Assembly: GCA_040390885.1 (NCBI GenBank)
Contig: JAZJXN010000036.1
Span: 29,194-89,399, forward strand
DNA length: 60,206 bases
Reading direction: 5' to 3'
From: Pseudomonadota bacterium
GTDB lineage: Bacteria; Pseudomonadota; Alphaproteobacteria; Caulobacterales; Caulobacteraceae
The position numbers were made by a program, and so were the translations under genes. Shown in pieces: positions 28,202 to 37,605 of the stretch (position 1 is the stretch's first letter; every line of letters starts with the position of its first letter). A model generated the notes under the pieces. The model saw only the letters and a list, made by a program, of their open reading frames with translations, did not search any database and was not told the origin of the DNA.

Positions 28202-31200
28202 ATGAAAGACACACCAGAGACCAACGCGCCCGATGCGGCACAGGTCGACGCGATCCTTGCGCCGGGCGGTGCGGTCGCCCCGGAGACGACCCAGCGACGT
28301 GCCGGACGGCGACAGCCCCCCGCGGCTTGGTGCGCCCAAGCCCTAATTGCGCCCGTCCGTGCGTCCGGACTGAAGGGCTTTCTGTATGCAGCCTCCAGTG
28401 AGCGCCGCGCCGCCGAAATCGGCCGGGCGTTGCGCCAGTTCGCGCCGGATATCGAGGTCCTGGTGCTCCCGCCGTGGGACTGCCTCCCCTACGACCGTGC
28501 TTCGCCATCGCGAGAGTGCATGGGGCGCCGGATGGCGGTGCTCGCGCGGCTTGGCGCGCCGGCGACGTCCCCCCGCGTGCTCATCGCGGATGTCGACGCC
28601 CTGATGCAGCGGGTTCCGCCACTGTCCATTCTACCCACCGCGTTCCGGACGTTTCGCGTCGGCGACACCCTCGACCGCGCTGCACTCGACGCTTTTGCCG
28701 CGGCCACGGGATATGTCGCTGATGATCGCATCGACGAGCCGGGCGAAATCGCGGTTCTTGGGACGGTCGTCGACATCTATCCCGCGGCGGCGTCGATGCC
28801 GGTCCGGATCGTGCTGGACGAACAGGATCGCATCGTCGAGCTCAGGGCGTATGACCCGCTGACCCAACGCACACAAGAAGCCTCCGAAGAGGTGACGGTC
28901 GGCCCGGCGTCCGAACTCATCCTGAGCGAGGGCCGCTCCGAAGGGCGCGCGCCCGGTTCCGAGCACCGCGCGCCAGAGATCTACGGAAAGATGGCGACGG
29001 TCTTTGACCTCGTCGGCGGGTCGGCATATGGCGCCGATACGAAGGCGAAGGCCCGGATCAAAGCGTTCGCCGACCAGGTGGCGGAGGCCTACGACGCGCG
29101 TCGCTCGTTGGGAGCCGACGATGGTGTGAGGCTTCTGCCGCCGGCCAAACTCTATCTGACCCCCGCGCTTTTCAGGCGAAAGGCGGCGGGGCGCGTACAG
29201 GCCAGCCTCGATGGCGAAGCGGTTCAGACGATCACCAATTTCGCGCTTGAGCGTAATCCGGGTCGCGCATTCTGCGACTTCGTGCAAGCGCGGCTGCAGG
29301 CTGGTCACCGGGTTGTAGTAGCGGGCATGCCGCACGAAGTCCGCGCCTTGGCACGGGCGGTCAAACGCGGCCTCAACATCGCGCCCGCCTCCGTCGACGC
29401 CTGGGATACCGTTCTGGGCGCTCCGGGCGGCGCCCTGATGGCTGTTGCCGCTGATGTGGACACGGGCTTCGAACAGGCGAGCACGCGGATTGTGCTCATC
29501 GCCGCCTCCGACGTCCTCGGCGGTCGGTTGGCCGCGCGCCGCGCGCAAGGCGGTACGGTGCAGCTAACCGACCCCGATCTAAGACTGGGCGATGTCGTGG
29601 TCCACGAGGATCATGGCCTCGGCGTTCTGCGCGGCCTGGAACCCGTCGATGTCGACGGCGTCGGCCGCGAAGCGCTTCGGCTGGAATATCATGGCGGCGC
29701 CCATCTGCTGGTTCCGATCGAGGAGTTCGACAAGGTTTGGAGGTATGGCGCCGAACCCGAAGCGGTCTCTCTTGACCGCCTTCATACAGACGCGTGGCGG
29801 GAGCGCCGGGTCGAGCTGAGCGCCGACATCGATCGTACGGCGGCGCAGCTCGTCGAGCTTGCCCGCGAGCGAGCCTCGACCAAAGGGCCAGTCATTCGCC
29901 CGCCCAAAGCGGCCTATGCGCGATTTGCCGCCCGCTTTCCCTATCCTGAAACCCCCGACCAGGCCGCAGCCATCGACGCGGTGCTGGAGGACCTTGCCTC
30001 CGGCCGCGTCATGAGCCGGCTGGTCTGCGGCGACGTCGGCTTCGGCAAGACCGAAGTCGCGTTGCGCGCGGCCGCAGCGGCGGCGCTGAGCGGCAAGCAG
30101 GTCGCCGTGGTCGCCCCGACGACCGTCCTGGCGCGGCAACACTTTGAGAGCTTCCGGCGCAGGTTTGCCGGTACCGGGGTGAGGGTCGCCCGACTGTCGC
30201 GGCTCGTTTCCCCCTCCGAGAGCCAGGCGGTTAAGGCAGGTCTCACCGACGGCTCGATCGGGATTGTCGTGGGCACCCACGCTCTTGGCGGCGCCGACGT
30301 CAGCTTCGCTGATCTTGGCTTGCTGATCATCGACGAGGAGCAACGCTTCGGCGCCCGGCTGAAGACCAGACTCCGGGACCTGGCGCCGAACGCCCACCTG
30401 CTGACCATGACCGCCACGCCGATCCCCCGGACGCTGCAGTTGGCCATGGTCGGGGTGGAGGATGTCAGTGTCATCGCCACGCCGCCCGCGCGGCGGCGGC
30501 CCATCCGAACCTTCTTCGCGCCGTGGGATCCCGCGACCGTGAGGACAGCGCTGCTGCGGCAACATCGCCGAGGCGGCCAGAGCTTCGTCGTGGCGCCGCG
30601 GATTTCAGATCTCGATGGCCTGGCGGAGGAGCTTGGCCGCTTGGCGCCCGAACTCACACTCCGCATCGCCCACGGCGAATTGCCGGCCGAAGCGGCGGAC
30701 GAGGTGATGGTCGGCTTCGCGGCCGGCGAAGGGGATGTGTTGCTCGCCACCAACATCATCGAAAGCGGCCTGGATGTGCCCGGAGCCAACACCATGCTGG
30801 TGTGGCGCGCGGATCTCTTCGGCCTCGCCCAGCTTCACCAGCTCAGGGGGCGGGTCGGGCGTGGACGTGCCCAGGGAATTGCCTACCTCCTGCACGACCC
30901 GGACGAGACCCCCAGCGAGGCGACCCGAGCCAGGTTATCGACGCTTGAGGCGTTTGACCGGCTAGGATCTGGTCTATCGATCAGCGCCCGGGACCTCGAA
31001 TTACGCGGGGCGGGCGACCTCGTCGGCGATGACCAAACCGGGCACCTGAAACTCATCGGAACCGCCCTCTATCAAAAGCTCCTGACCCGCGCTGTCGAAG
31101 TTGCAAAGGGTGAAATATCGGATCTGGATTGGCATCCGGAGGTCAACGTCGGCATCACAGGAGCCTTTCCCGAAAGCTATGTCCCCGACGTCACCGTGAG

Positions 31201-31558
31201 GATCAACCTGTACGCGCGCCTGGGACGCATGACACAGCCGGACGAAATCGAGGAGTTCATTGAGGAGCTGGAGGACCGCTTCGGGCCTCCGCCTCAGGAT
31301 GTGGTCGGCCTTGTCGAGGTCGCTCGGCTGAAGTCTTGGGCGCGAGCCGCGAGCGTCAGACGGATCGACGCCGGTCCAAAAGGGGTCGCGTTGACTCCAT
31401 CTGGTCCGATCACGGCCCCTCCCGCTGGTTATGCGGTCACCGACGGGCGGCTTGTCCTGCACGGAGACTTCGCTGAACCGTGGACCAGACTTCCGGATAT
31501 CCGTCGCGGGCTAGCGTCGATGTGCAGTGCTGGAGCACTCCGGCAACACACAATCTGA
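28202..31558 (+). CDS. Mfd/TRCF-like SF2 helicase (probable accessory paralog)
   Basis: WDCLPYDRASP, UvrB-like GEIAVLGTVVDIYP, CarD/RID GDVVVHEDHGLG, GDVGFGKTE, DEEQRFG, TATPIPRT, QLRGRVGR, TRG RDLELRGAG, D7 EELEDRFGPPP. Confidence 0.9.
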   Translation: MKDTPETNAPDAAQVDAILAPGGAVAPETTQRRAGRRQPPAAWCAQALIAPVRASGLKGFLYAASSERRAAEIGRALRQFAPDIEVLVLPPWDCLPYDRASPSRECMGRRMAVLARLGAPATSPRVLIADVDALMQRVPPLSILPTAFRTFRVGDTLDRAALDAFAAATGYVADDRIDEPGEIAVLGTVVDIYPAAASMPVRIVLDEQDRIVELRAYDPLTQRTQEASEEVTVGPASELILSEGRSEGRAPGSEHRAPEIYGKMATVFDLVGGSAYGADTKAKARIKAFADQVAEAYDARRSLGADDGVRLLPPAKLYLTPALFRRKAAGRVQASLDGEAVQTITNFALERNPGRAFCDFVQARLQAGHRVVVAGMPHEVRALARAVKRGLNIAPASVDAWDTVLGAPGGALMAVAADVDTGFEQASTRIVLIAASDVLGGRLAARRAQGGTVQLTDPDLRLGDVVVHEDHGLGVLRGLEPVDVDGVGREALRLEYHGGAHLLVPIEEFDKVWRYGAEPEAVSLDRLHTDAWRERRVELSADIDRTAAQLVELARERASTKGPVIRPPKAAYARFAARFPYPETPDQAAAIDAVLEDLASGRVMSRLVCGDVGFGKTEVALRAAAAAALSGKQVAVVAPTTVLARQHFESFRRRFAGTGVRVARLSRLVSPSESQAVKAGLTDGSIGIVVGTHALGGADVSFADLGLLIIDEEQRFGARLKTRLRDLAPNAHLLTMTATPIPRTLQLAMVGVEDVSVIATPPARRRPIRTFFAPWDPATVRTALLRQHRRGGQSFVVAPRISDLDGLAEELGRLAPELTLRIAHGELPAEAADEVMVGFAAGEGDVLLATNIIESGLDVPGANTMLVWRADLFGLAQLHQLRGRVGRGRAQGIAYLLHDPDETPSEATRARLSTLEAFDRLGSGLSISARDLELRGAGDLVGDDQTGHLKLIGTALYQKLLTRAVEVAKGEISDLDWHPEVNVGITGAFPESYVPDVTVRINLYARLGRMTQPDEIEEFIEELEDRFGPPPQDVVGLVEVARLKSWARAASVRRIDAGPKGVALTPSGPITAPPAGYAVTDGRLVLHGDFAEPWTRLPDIRRGLASMCSAGALRQHTI

Positions 31559-31672
31559 CCAAACCGCGTCGACTTCGCTCGCATCCAGCAGCCGCGACTT
31601 TGGGTGAGCTTTTTTGGGCGTCGCGGCCTAAACTGCCGCGGCTAGCGCCGCGCTGGCATCGGAGTAACGAAT

Positions 31673-32674
31673 TTGTCGGCCCAAGGCCCTGGGACTCAAG
31701 TCTGGAGGCCCGAGCATCTCAGGCTCGCGATCGACGCGGCGCAGGTCGCACTTTGGTCCTGGCAGGTCGATACCGATCACTTCACCATGGACGAACGGGC
31801 ATTCGACCTTTGGGGGTTGCCCTGGGCGGACGTCGTCGCCTTCGAACAGCTTTCGGCTCATATCCACCCGGCCGATGTCGATCGGGTGCGTGCGGCGTTT
31901 TCCAGCACCCGGTCCGTCGTCGGCTCATACGAAATTGACTTCCGCATCGTTCATGGCGAGCGGGTCCGCTGGATTTCCGCGCGCGGTCAGGGCGCGGACG
32001 TTGGCATGGTCGACCGGGTCATGTTCGGCATCTTCCTCGATGTGACCCTGCGCAAGCAGGCCCAAGAGAGCCATGAACTTCTTGCCGGGGAGATGAGCCA
32101 CCGGGTCAAGAACCTGCTGGCGATCACGACCAGCCTGACACACATCTCCTCGCGATCCGCGAAGAGCGTTGAGGATATGGCGGGTGATCTCGTCGACCGC
32201 CTCACCGCGCTTGGCAGGGCTCACGACCTGGTGCGTCCGCTGCCCGGTTCGGAAGGAAAGGCGGCTCTGCTTGGCGACCTGCTTTCAGTGCTCCTCGCGC
32301 CTTATGACGATCCCAAAGCCTTCGCTGATCGCATCCGCATCGCTGTTCCACGAATGGGAATCGGCGAAGCGACCGCGACCACGCTATCGCTGGTGATCCA
32401 CGAGCTGGCGACTAATTCAGTCAAGCACGGCGCACTGTCCAGCGCTCACGGAGCCTTGGACGTCTCCGGATCTGTGTCCGAGGACGATCTTGTGATGACG
32501 TGGGCGGAGGATGGTGGTCCGCAGCTGTCCGGAACGCCGCAAATGCAGGGCTTTGGCAGTCAAATGATCGCGCGGAGCATGTCTCGGCAGTTCGCGGGGA
32601 GCTTACGCTACGACTGGCAGCCAAGTGGGCTGGTCGTCACCATGCGAATGCGCAGGGATCGGCTGGCGGGCTAG
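31673..32674 (+). CDS. PAS-domain HWE-family histidine kinase
   Basis: IHPADVDRV (PAS), EMSHRVKNLL, HELATNSVKHGALS, WAE, GFGS. Confidence 0.9.
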   Translation: MSAQGPGTQVWRPEHLRLAIDAAQVALWSWQVDTDHFTMDERAFDLWGLPWADVVAFEQLSAHIHPADVDRVRAAFSSTRSVVGSYEIDFRIVHGERVRWISARGQGADVGMVDRVMFGIFLDVTLRKQAQESHELLAGEMSHRVKNLLAITTSLTHISSRSAKSVEDMAGDLVDRLTALGRAHDLVRPLPGSEGKAALLGDLLSVLLAPYDDPKAFADRIRIAVPRMGIGEATATTLSLVIHELATNSVKHGALSSAHGALDVSGSVSEDDLVMTWAEDGGPQLSGTPQMQGFGSQMIARSMSRQFAGSLRYDWQPSGLVVTMRMRRDRLAG

Positions 32675-32712
32675 CCTACGCAAGGCCCCGAGGGGTGCGC
32701 CTGCAATCCTGT

Positions 32713-33081
32713 CTAGATGCTGTGCAGGGCAAGCGCCGCCGAACACACCTCCTCCACGCGATACGGCTTGGCGAAAAACGTCGCACCGATATGGTCGATG
32801 GCTCTCAAGACCGGCAGCGCGGAGGCGATGAAGATATGGACTTCGGGCGCCGAGGCCCTGATGCGTTCGGCGAGATCGATCCCGTTCAAATCGCCAGGCA
32901 TATTAACATCAGTGAAGAGAAATTGGATCGAGGCTCCACCCTCGTGGATCGCAAGCGCCTCGGCGGCGTGGCCGGCTTCGAGCACAGTGAAGCCGGCATC
33001 TTCAAACCCCGTAGCCACGATTAAGCGGACCAAGGGCTCGTCCTCAACAATGAGAACAGTGGGTGCGACCAGGTTTTCCAT
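32713..33081 (-). CDS. Single-domain response regulator
   Basis: VLIVEDE, LFTDVNMPG, KPY. Confidence 0.9.
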   Translation of the reverse strand: MENLVAPTVLIVEDEPLVRLIVATGFEDAGFTVLEAGHAAEALAIHEGGASIQFLFTDVNMPGDLNGIDLAERIRASAPEVHIFIASALPVLRAIDHIGATFFAKPYRVEEVCSAALALHSI

Positions 33082-33089
33082 CTGGCGGT

Positions 33090-33114
33090 AAGCGACGGGG
33101 CATTGCGTTGTTCC
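33090..33114 (-). promoter_or_regulatory. Possible sigma-EcfG promoter (near-leaderless) for the response regulator
   Basis: Minus strand GGAAC-N16-GCTT, 8 nt before ATG. Confidence 0.45.
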
Positions 33115-33386
33115 GTAGAAGATTAGAAGAGGCCTGTGGATCCGCAATATTTAATCAGTAATCCAACCTTCAAGATGCTTCGCGGGCGACCGGCGGATGC
33201 GCACCGGTGACATCGAGCGGCCCGCCTCGCCTCCATACCTAGCGACCATTCGCTGGGAGTGTGGCTCCCGTTTCGAATCCGAACGACCGGCTTTTACGAC
33301 GCGGAAACAGCAGGCCTCGCGTAAGCAAGCCAAATACAACGCGCGGCATTCGGCGTACGGCAGGACCCGACGCCATTGCCGAGTGA

Positions 33387-34052
33387 TCAGACCCTCAAAC
33401 GGACGCGGCCTGCGCCAGTAGCCAGCGCCTCAAGGACGGCGCGATGACCACCGTGAAGTTCGCCGGGCAGATCATGCAGAGCGACAAAACCCTTCGTCCA
33501 GAGGAGCATGATCGACCAGAAGGCGCCCGTTAGGCGGCGCGCGGCCATATCAACGTTGGTGTCTGGAAGTAGCACCCCTTCCACGATCATCTGGCGCACG
33601 GACGCTCGGTCGAGGGCGATCCGTTGCGCGACCAGGAGATTGGTCACCTCGTCTGAGGGCGCCGCGTTGAACATCAGCTGCGTCATCGCTTCCGCGTAGC
33701 GGGGCCGCTGCACCACCTCTTCGGTCACCGCGCCAAGCAACTCGAAGTATCGGCCGATGGCATCTTGCCGTCCAGACACACGATGCGCCGCGAGCCGTTC
33801 GAGGTTGTCGCGCAGCGCCGCCAGCACTAGGCCGTCCTTGGTCTCGAACTGGTTGTAGAGCGTCGCATGCGCGACCCCCGCCTCTAAGGCGACATCGCGC
33901 ATAGTTAGACTGGCATAGCCGACATCCCCAATCAGCCGCCGAACTGTCTCAAGGATCTGGCGGCGACGTTCGCGCTGCTTGGGCGTGAGGGCGTCACCTG
34001 AACCCTCGTCTGTTCGGTCCGTCCTCGATCGCCCAATATCCCGTCGCGCCAT
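33387..34052 (-). CDS. TetR-family regulator
   Basis: RRRQIL...GYASLTMRDVALEAGVAHATLYNQFETKDGL. Confidence 0.92.
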   Translation of the reverse strand: MARRDIGRSRTDRTDEGSGDALTPKQRERRRQILETVRRLIGDVGYASLTMRDVALEAGVAHATLYNQFETKDGLVLAALRDNLERLAAHRVSGRQDAIGRYFELLGAVTEEVVQRPRYAEAMTQLMFNAAPSDEVTNLLVAQRIALDRASVRQMIVEGVLLPDTNVDMAARRLTGAFWSIMLLWTKGFVALHDLPGELHGGHRAVLEALATGAGRVRLRV

Positions 34053-34056
34053 CCGC

Positions 34057-34139
34057 TTAGACCACGCTCCAAAGCTATTTCCTCTGCGTAGCGGTATCCC
34101 TCATGGGATACGAGTTGCCATTTTTAGATCATGGTCTAA
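34057..34139. promoter_or_regulatory. Candidate TetR operators in divergent promoter
   Basis: TTAGATCATGGTCTAA (34124-34139) between TTGCCA and a TAATAA-like -10; degenerate copy TTAGACCACGCTCCAA (34057-34072); perfect IR GTATCCC-TCAT-GGGATAC (34094-34111). Confidence 0.6.
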
Positions 34140-34172
34140 TAATTTGCATCGCTTGGGGATGGGAGACAGCTG

Positions 34173-34907
34173 ATGTTCGCGCGCAACGCCGTCGTCACCG
34201 GAAGCGCGTCTGGCGTCGGAGAAGCTCTCTGCGCCAGGCTCGCGCTGGCCGGCAGCGTGATTATGGCGCTGGACAAGTCAGACCACGGCGCCGCCGCCGC
34301 GGCGACGGGCGGCCGCTTCTGGCGATGTGATGTGACCTCGCGCAACGACTGGCAGTCGGCTGCAACGGCGATCACGGGTGCGCCCACCTTCGTCGCCCTG
34401 AACGCCGGCATCATGACGCGGCCGCCGGAAGCGGCGCTGACCGACGACATCTTTGGCTGGATCGCCACCGGCGGCTATGACCGCGTTATGCGGGTCAACG
34501 TGGACGGCGTTGTCTTCGGGCTCGAAGCCCTCCTGCCTCTGATGAGCGACGGCGGCGCGATCGTGGTGACCTGTTCGATGGCGGGCTTGTCGCCCCTGCC
34601 CTTCGACCCCTTCTACGCGGCCAGCAAGCACGCCGTGGTCGGGCTGGTGCGCAGCTTGGCGCCGGTTCTGAAGGCGCGCGGAATCAAGATCAACGCCTTT
34701 TGTCCAGGCGGCATCGCTACCAAGCTGGTTCCAATGCAACTGGCCGCTGCCTCACCTCTGTTGATGAGCGTCGAAGAAGCCGCGGACACGATCCTCGACA
34801 TCGCCGCCGGGACGAGCAGCGGTGAAACATGGATCAAGAGCGGACCGGGCGAGCCGCTGACCATTGTCGCGGCGCCGAACCTGATGAACACCAGGGAGAA
34901 GACTTGA
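34173..34907 (+). CDS. Short-chain dehydrogenase/reductase
   Basis: TGSASGVG, LNAG, YAASK; TGATG overlap with the Rieske gene. Confidence 0.9.
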   Translation: MFARNAVVTGSASGVGEALCARLALAGSVIMALDKSDHGAAAAATGGRFWRCDVTSRNDWQSAATAITGAPTFVALNAGIMTRPPEAALTDDIFGWIATGGYDRVMRVNVDGVVFGLEALLPLMSDGGAIVVTCSMAGLSPLPFDPFYAASKHAVVGLVRSLAPVLKARGIKINAFCPGGIATKLVPMQLAAASPLLMSVEEAADTILDIAAGTSSGETWIKSGPGEPLTIVAAPNLMNTREKT

Positions 34908-36148
34908 TGGACAGCGTGCTCTTCGACGAAGTCTGCGCCCGACCCGACCGTGAAAGCGAGCGGGTGGAGTTCCCGGCAGGTTTCCCGGATCCCATCGATG
35001 TGCCCGCACAGCGCTACGTCGATCATGACTTCCACGCGCTAGAGCAGGCCCACGTCTTCTCGAAGGTCTGGCAGTTCGCCGGCTGCGCCGACCAGATCCC
35101 CAATCCAGGCGACTATGTGCTGCTAGAGGCCTACGTCCAGCCGCTGTTCCTAATTCGGGGCGATGACGGCGTGATCCGCTGCTTCTTCAATAGCTGCCAG
35201 CATCGCGGCGCGGCGCTGCTCAGCGAAGCGGCCGGCAACAAGGGCACCATCGTCTGCCCCTACCACGCCTGGACCTACAGCCGGCACGGCGCCTTGCGCG
35301 GCTACCCCGAGGCGAAAAACTATCCGCGCAACGCGAACAGGGATTGCCTCGCGCTCAAGAGCGTCCGCTGCGAGACCTACGGGACCCTGGTGTTCATCAA
35401 TCTAGACCCGGACGCCGGGCCGCTGCGGGAACACCTCGGCGGGGTGGCTGACGAGCTCGACATGCTGCTCGGCGACCGTTCAGAGGGCGTCCATTTCTTC
35501 GCCTCCGATATCAAGTGGGTCGACGCCAACTGGAAGTTCGCGGGCGATGCGAACATCGAGACCTATCACGTCCCTTACCTGCACCGGGACACCGCGCATC
35601 TGGGCGTCGATAGTGAGCGGACCGGGCAGTGGCTTCTGCCCAATGGCCACTCACGGATGATGATCAAGCTGCGCCCGGCGGCTAAGGCTGCCATGGCGAG
35701 AGCGCAGGCGGCGATGCCCTCGTTCCCTGGCCTGGCCAAGAACCCACTGCCGTTAGAGGGGGTGTATTCGTTCCACCTGTTCCCGAACATTTCGATCGTG
35801 ATGGCCGGGTCGGGGATGTTCTTCGTCATCGCCGCCGTGCCGCACGGCCCGAACCGGCACGCCTACGCGGTACACTTCATGGGCGCCGCCCCGCCGGACG
35901 GCCCCTACCGCGACGCGCTGCAGGGTCTGATGGACAGCAACGCTCTGGTTTTGGGACAGGACCTGGCGATGATGCCGACCCAGCACGCCTCGATCGCATA
36001 CGGCGGCATCCGGGCGTTCAAGCTCCAGTATCAGGAGCGCCGCATCCGACGGCTGCACGAGGACTTGGATCGCTGGATCGGACCGCAGAACGTCCCTGCG
36101 GACTTGCGGACGCCGCCACTCCTCGACGCCTTCGTTGACAGCCACTGA
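34907..36148 (+). CDS. Rieske aromatic ring-hydroxylating oxygenase alpha subunit
   Basis: NSCQHRG...CPYHAW (Rieske), ANWK..ETYHVPYLH (mononuclear Fe), E-RIRRLH C-terminal motif. Confidence 0.92.
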   Translation: MDSVLFDEVCARPDRESERVEFPAGFPDPIDVPAQRYVDHDFHALEQAHVFSKVWQFAGCADQIPNPGDYVLLEAYVQPLFLIRGDDGVIRCFFNSCQHRGAALLSEAAGNKGTIVCPYHAWTYSRHGALRGYPEAKNYPRNANRDCLALKSVRCETYGTLVFINLDPDAGPLREHLGGVADELDMLLGDRSEGVHFFASDIKWVDANWKFAGDANIETYHVPYLHRDTAHLGVDSERTGQWLLPNGHSRMMIKLRPAAKAAMARAQAAMPSFPGLAKNPLPLEGVYSFHLFPNISIVMAGSGMFFVIAAVPHGPNRHAYAVHFMGAAPPDGPYRDALQGLMDSNALVLGQDLAMMPTQHASIAYGGIRAFKLQYQERRIRRLHEDLDRWIGPQNVPADLRTPPLLDAFVDSH

Positions 36149-36204
36149 GGGACGGGATTCCCGCGCCGCGCCGCGCGCCGATCTACAGAAACAGGCCCAT
36201 TGAT

Positions 36205-36990
36205 ATGACTGAGCCCGTCACGCTGCAGCCGTTCCTGCAGCTCATGAAGCACTACTGCATCGACTATACCAATTCGCACGACACGAGCTGGCTGCCGCGG
36301 ATCATGACCGACGACTACGTCGTCAACATCTGCCGGCAGAAGCTGCTGCGCTCTGAAAGCTACCAAGACTCGGTGGAGCGGCTGTTCGCCGAGGCGCCCG
36401 GCCTCGGGCTGACGGTGCATCAACTTTACTGCAACGGCGAACGGCTCGCGATGCGGTTCAGCGAGCACGCTTGCTGGCGGAGCCGGGGCGACGCCCTGAC
36501 CGCTTGGCGCGGCTTCAGCACCTACACCTGGGATGGCGAACGATTGACCAGTTGCTGGGTCGAGCAGGATTTCTACTCCCGCGAACGACAGATCAGCAGC
36601 GGCCAACCCCGCACGCCGGCCGGCCCGGCGCTGGACCCCTGGATGACGCCGATCGTTGCCGAGGACCCGGGCACGCTCGCGTCGGCCAAGGCTTGGCTGA
36701 AGACATTCGACCTCTCCACGGTGGCTCGGGTCGAGATCGACGACAGCTCCGACGACGCATCCTGGCTGCTGGAGGTCTTGCCGGAAGCAGTCCACATCAA
36801 TGACGTCTTCGGCGCGGGGCCTCACGTGCCCTTTCATATCGACCTTGTCGGACGCCTCCGCAGGAACCCCGGGATGACCGCGAAGCTGGCAGTTTGCGGC
36901 GTGCTCACGATCGCCACGGACGGCTCCATCGCCCGCCTCCAAGCTGTTAGTGACCGGCTGACGCTGGCCATGCGCAAGCTCATCGCCTGA
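36205..36990 (+). CDS. SnoaL/NTF2-like fold protein
   Basis: IMTDDYVV...APGLGLTVHQL..NGERLAMRF...WRG...WVEQD pattern. Confidence 0.6.
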   Translation: MTEPVTLQPFLQLMKHYCIDYTNSHDTSWLPRIMTDDYVVNICRQKLLRSESYQDSVERLFAEAPGLGLTVHQLYCNGERLAMRFSEHACWRSRGDALTAWRGFSTYTWDGERLTSCWVEQDFYSRERQISSGQPRTPAGPALDPWMTPIVAEDPGTLASAKAWLKTFDLSTVARVEIDDSSDDASWLLEVLPEAVHINDVFGAGPHVPFHIDLVGRLRRNPGMTAKLAVCGVLTIATDGSIARLQAVSDRLTLAMRKLIA

Positions 36991-37180
36991 CCGTCGGGCT
37001 CGTTGATACCTGCTCTCTGCCCATGGTGGCGTAGGGCTCGGCGCAGGCGAGCCGCCTCAAATTGCTGCCCGCTCCCGGAAGGCACATCCCTCGCGTGCGG
37101 GTCATAAGCCTGGTCAGGGCGAGCGTTGCCTTCACCCGGACGTCGCGCAACAGATCGCCGTCAACGCGGTTGGAGACGCG

Positions 37181-37330
37181 CTCACAGATCGCGATTTCGA
37201 GCTTTTGAGACACTTGGCGGCGGGGGAGGCAAACAAGCAGATCGCTCGTCCCCAGACCTGTCGGAAGCGACTGTAAAAGCGCACGTCCGGGACATCTTCG
37301 AGAACTCGATGTTCAAGATCGCACGCCCCG
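37181..37330 (+). pseudogene. LuxR/NarL HTH fragment with two frameshifts
   Basis: LTDRDFELLRHLAAGEANKQIAR / DLSEATVKAHVRDIFE / LDVQDRT, joined across two frameshifts. Confidence 0.75.
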
Positions 37331-37605
37331 CTCAGCGTCAGCGATCTACCCTGATCACAACGTCGCCGCCAGCTCGGCGAAGCCGTGGCCTCAGCGCGCT
37401 GGATCGCCAGGAAGGCGTTGGCCCAGGCGCGAGACGCCCACACGGGATCCCGCTCCTTCCGCTGACTTCGACCCTGCGCACGGCAGCGAGGCTGCTGGCG
37501 GCGAGGTCGAACCTGAGAGGATAATGCCCTTTCAAACCGAAACGATGTCGGTGCAACCTTCTCGGCTCATTTGCGCTAAGGCCTCACTCGAGGGGTGTTT
37601 GCAGC

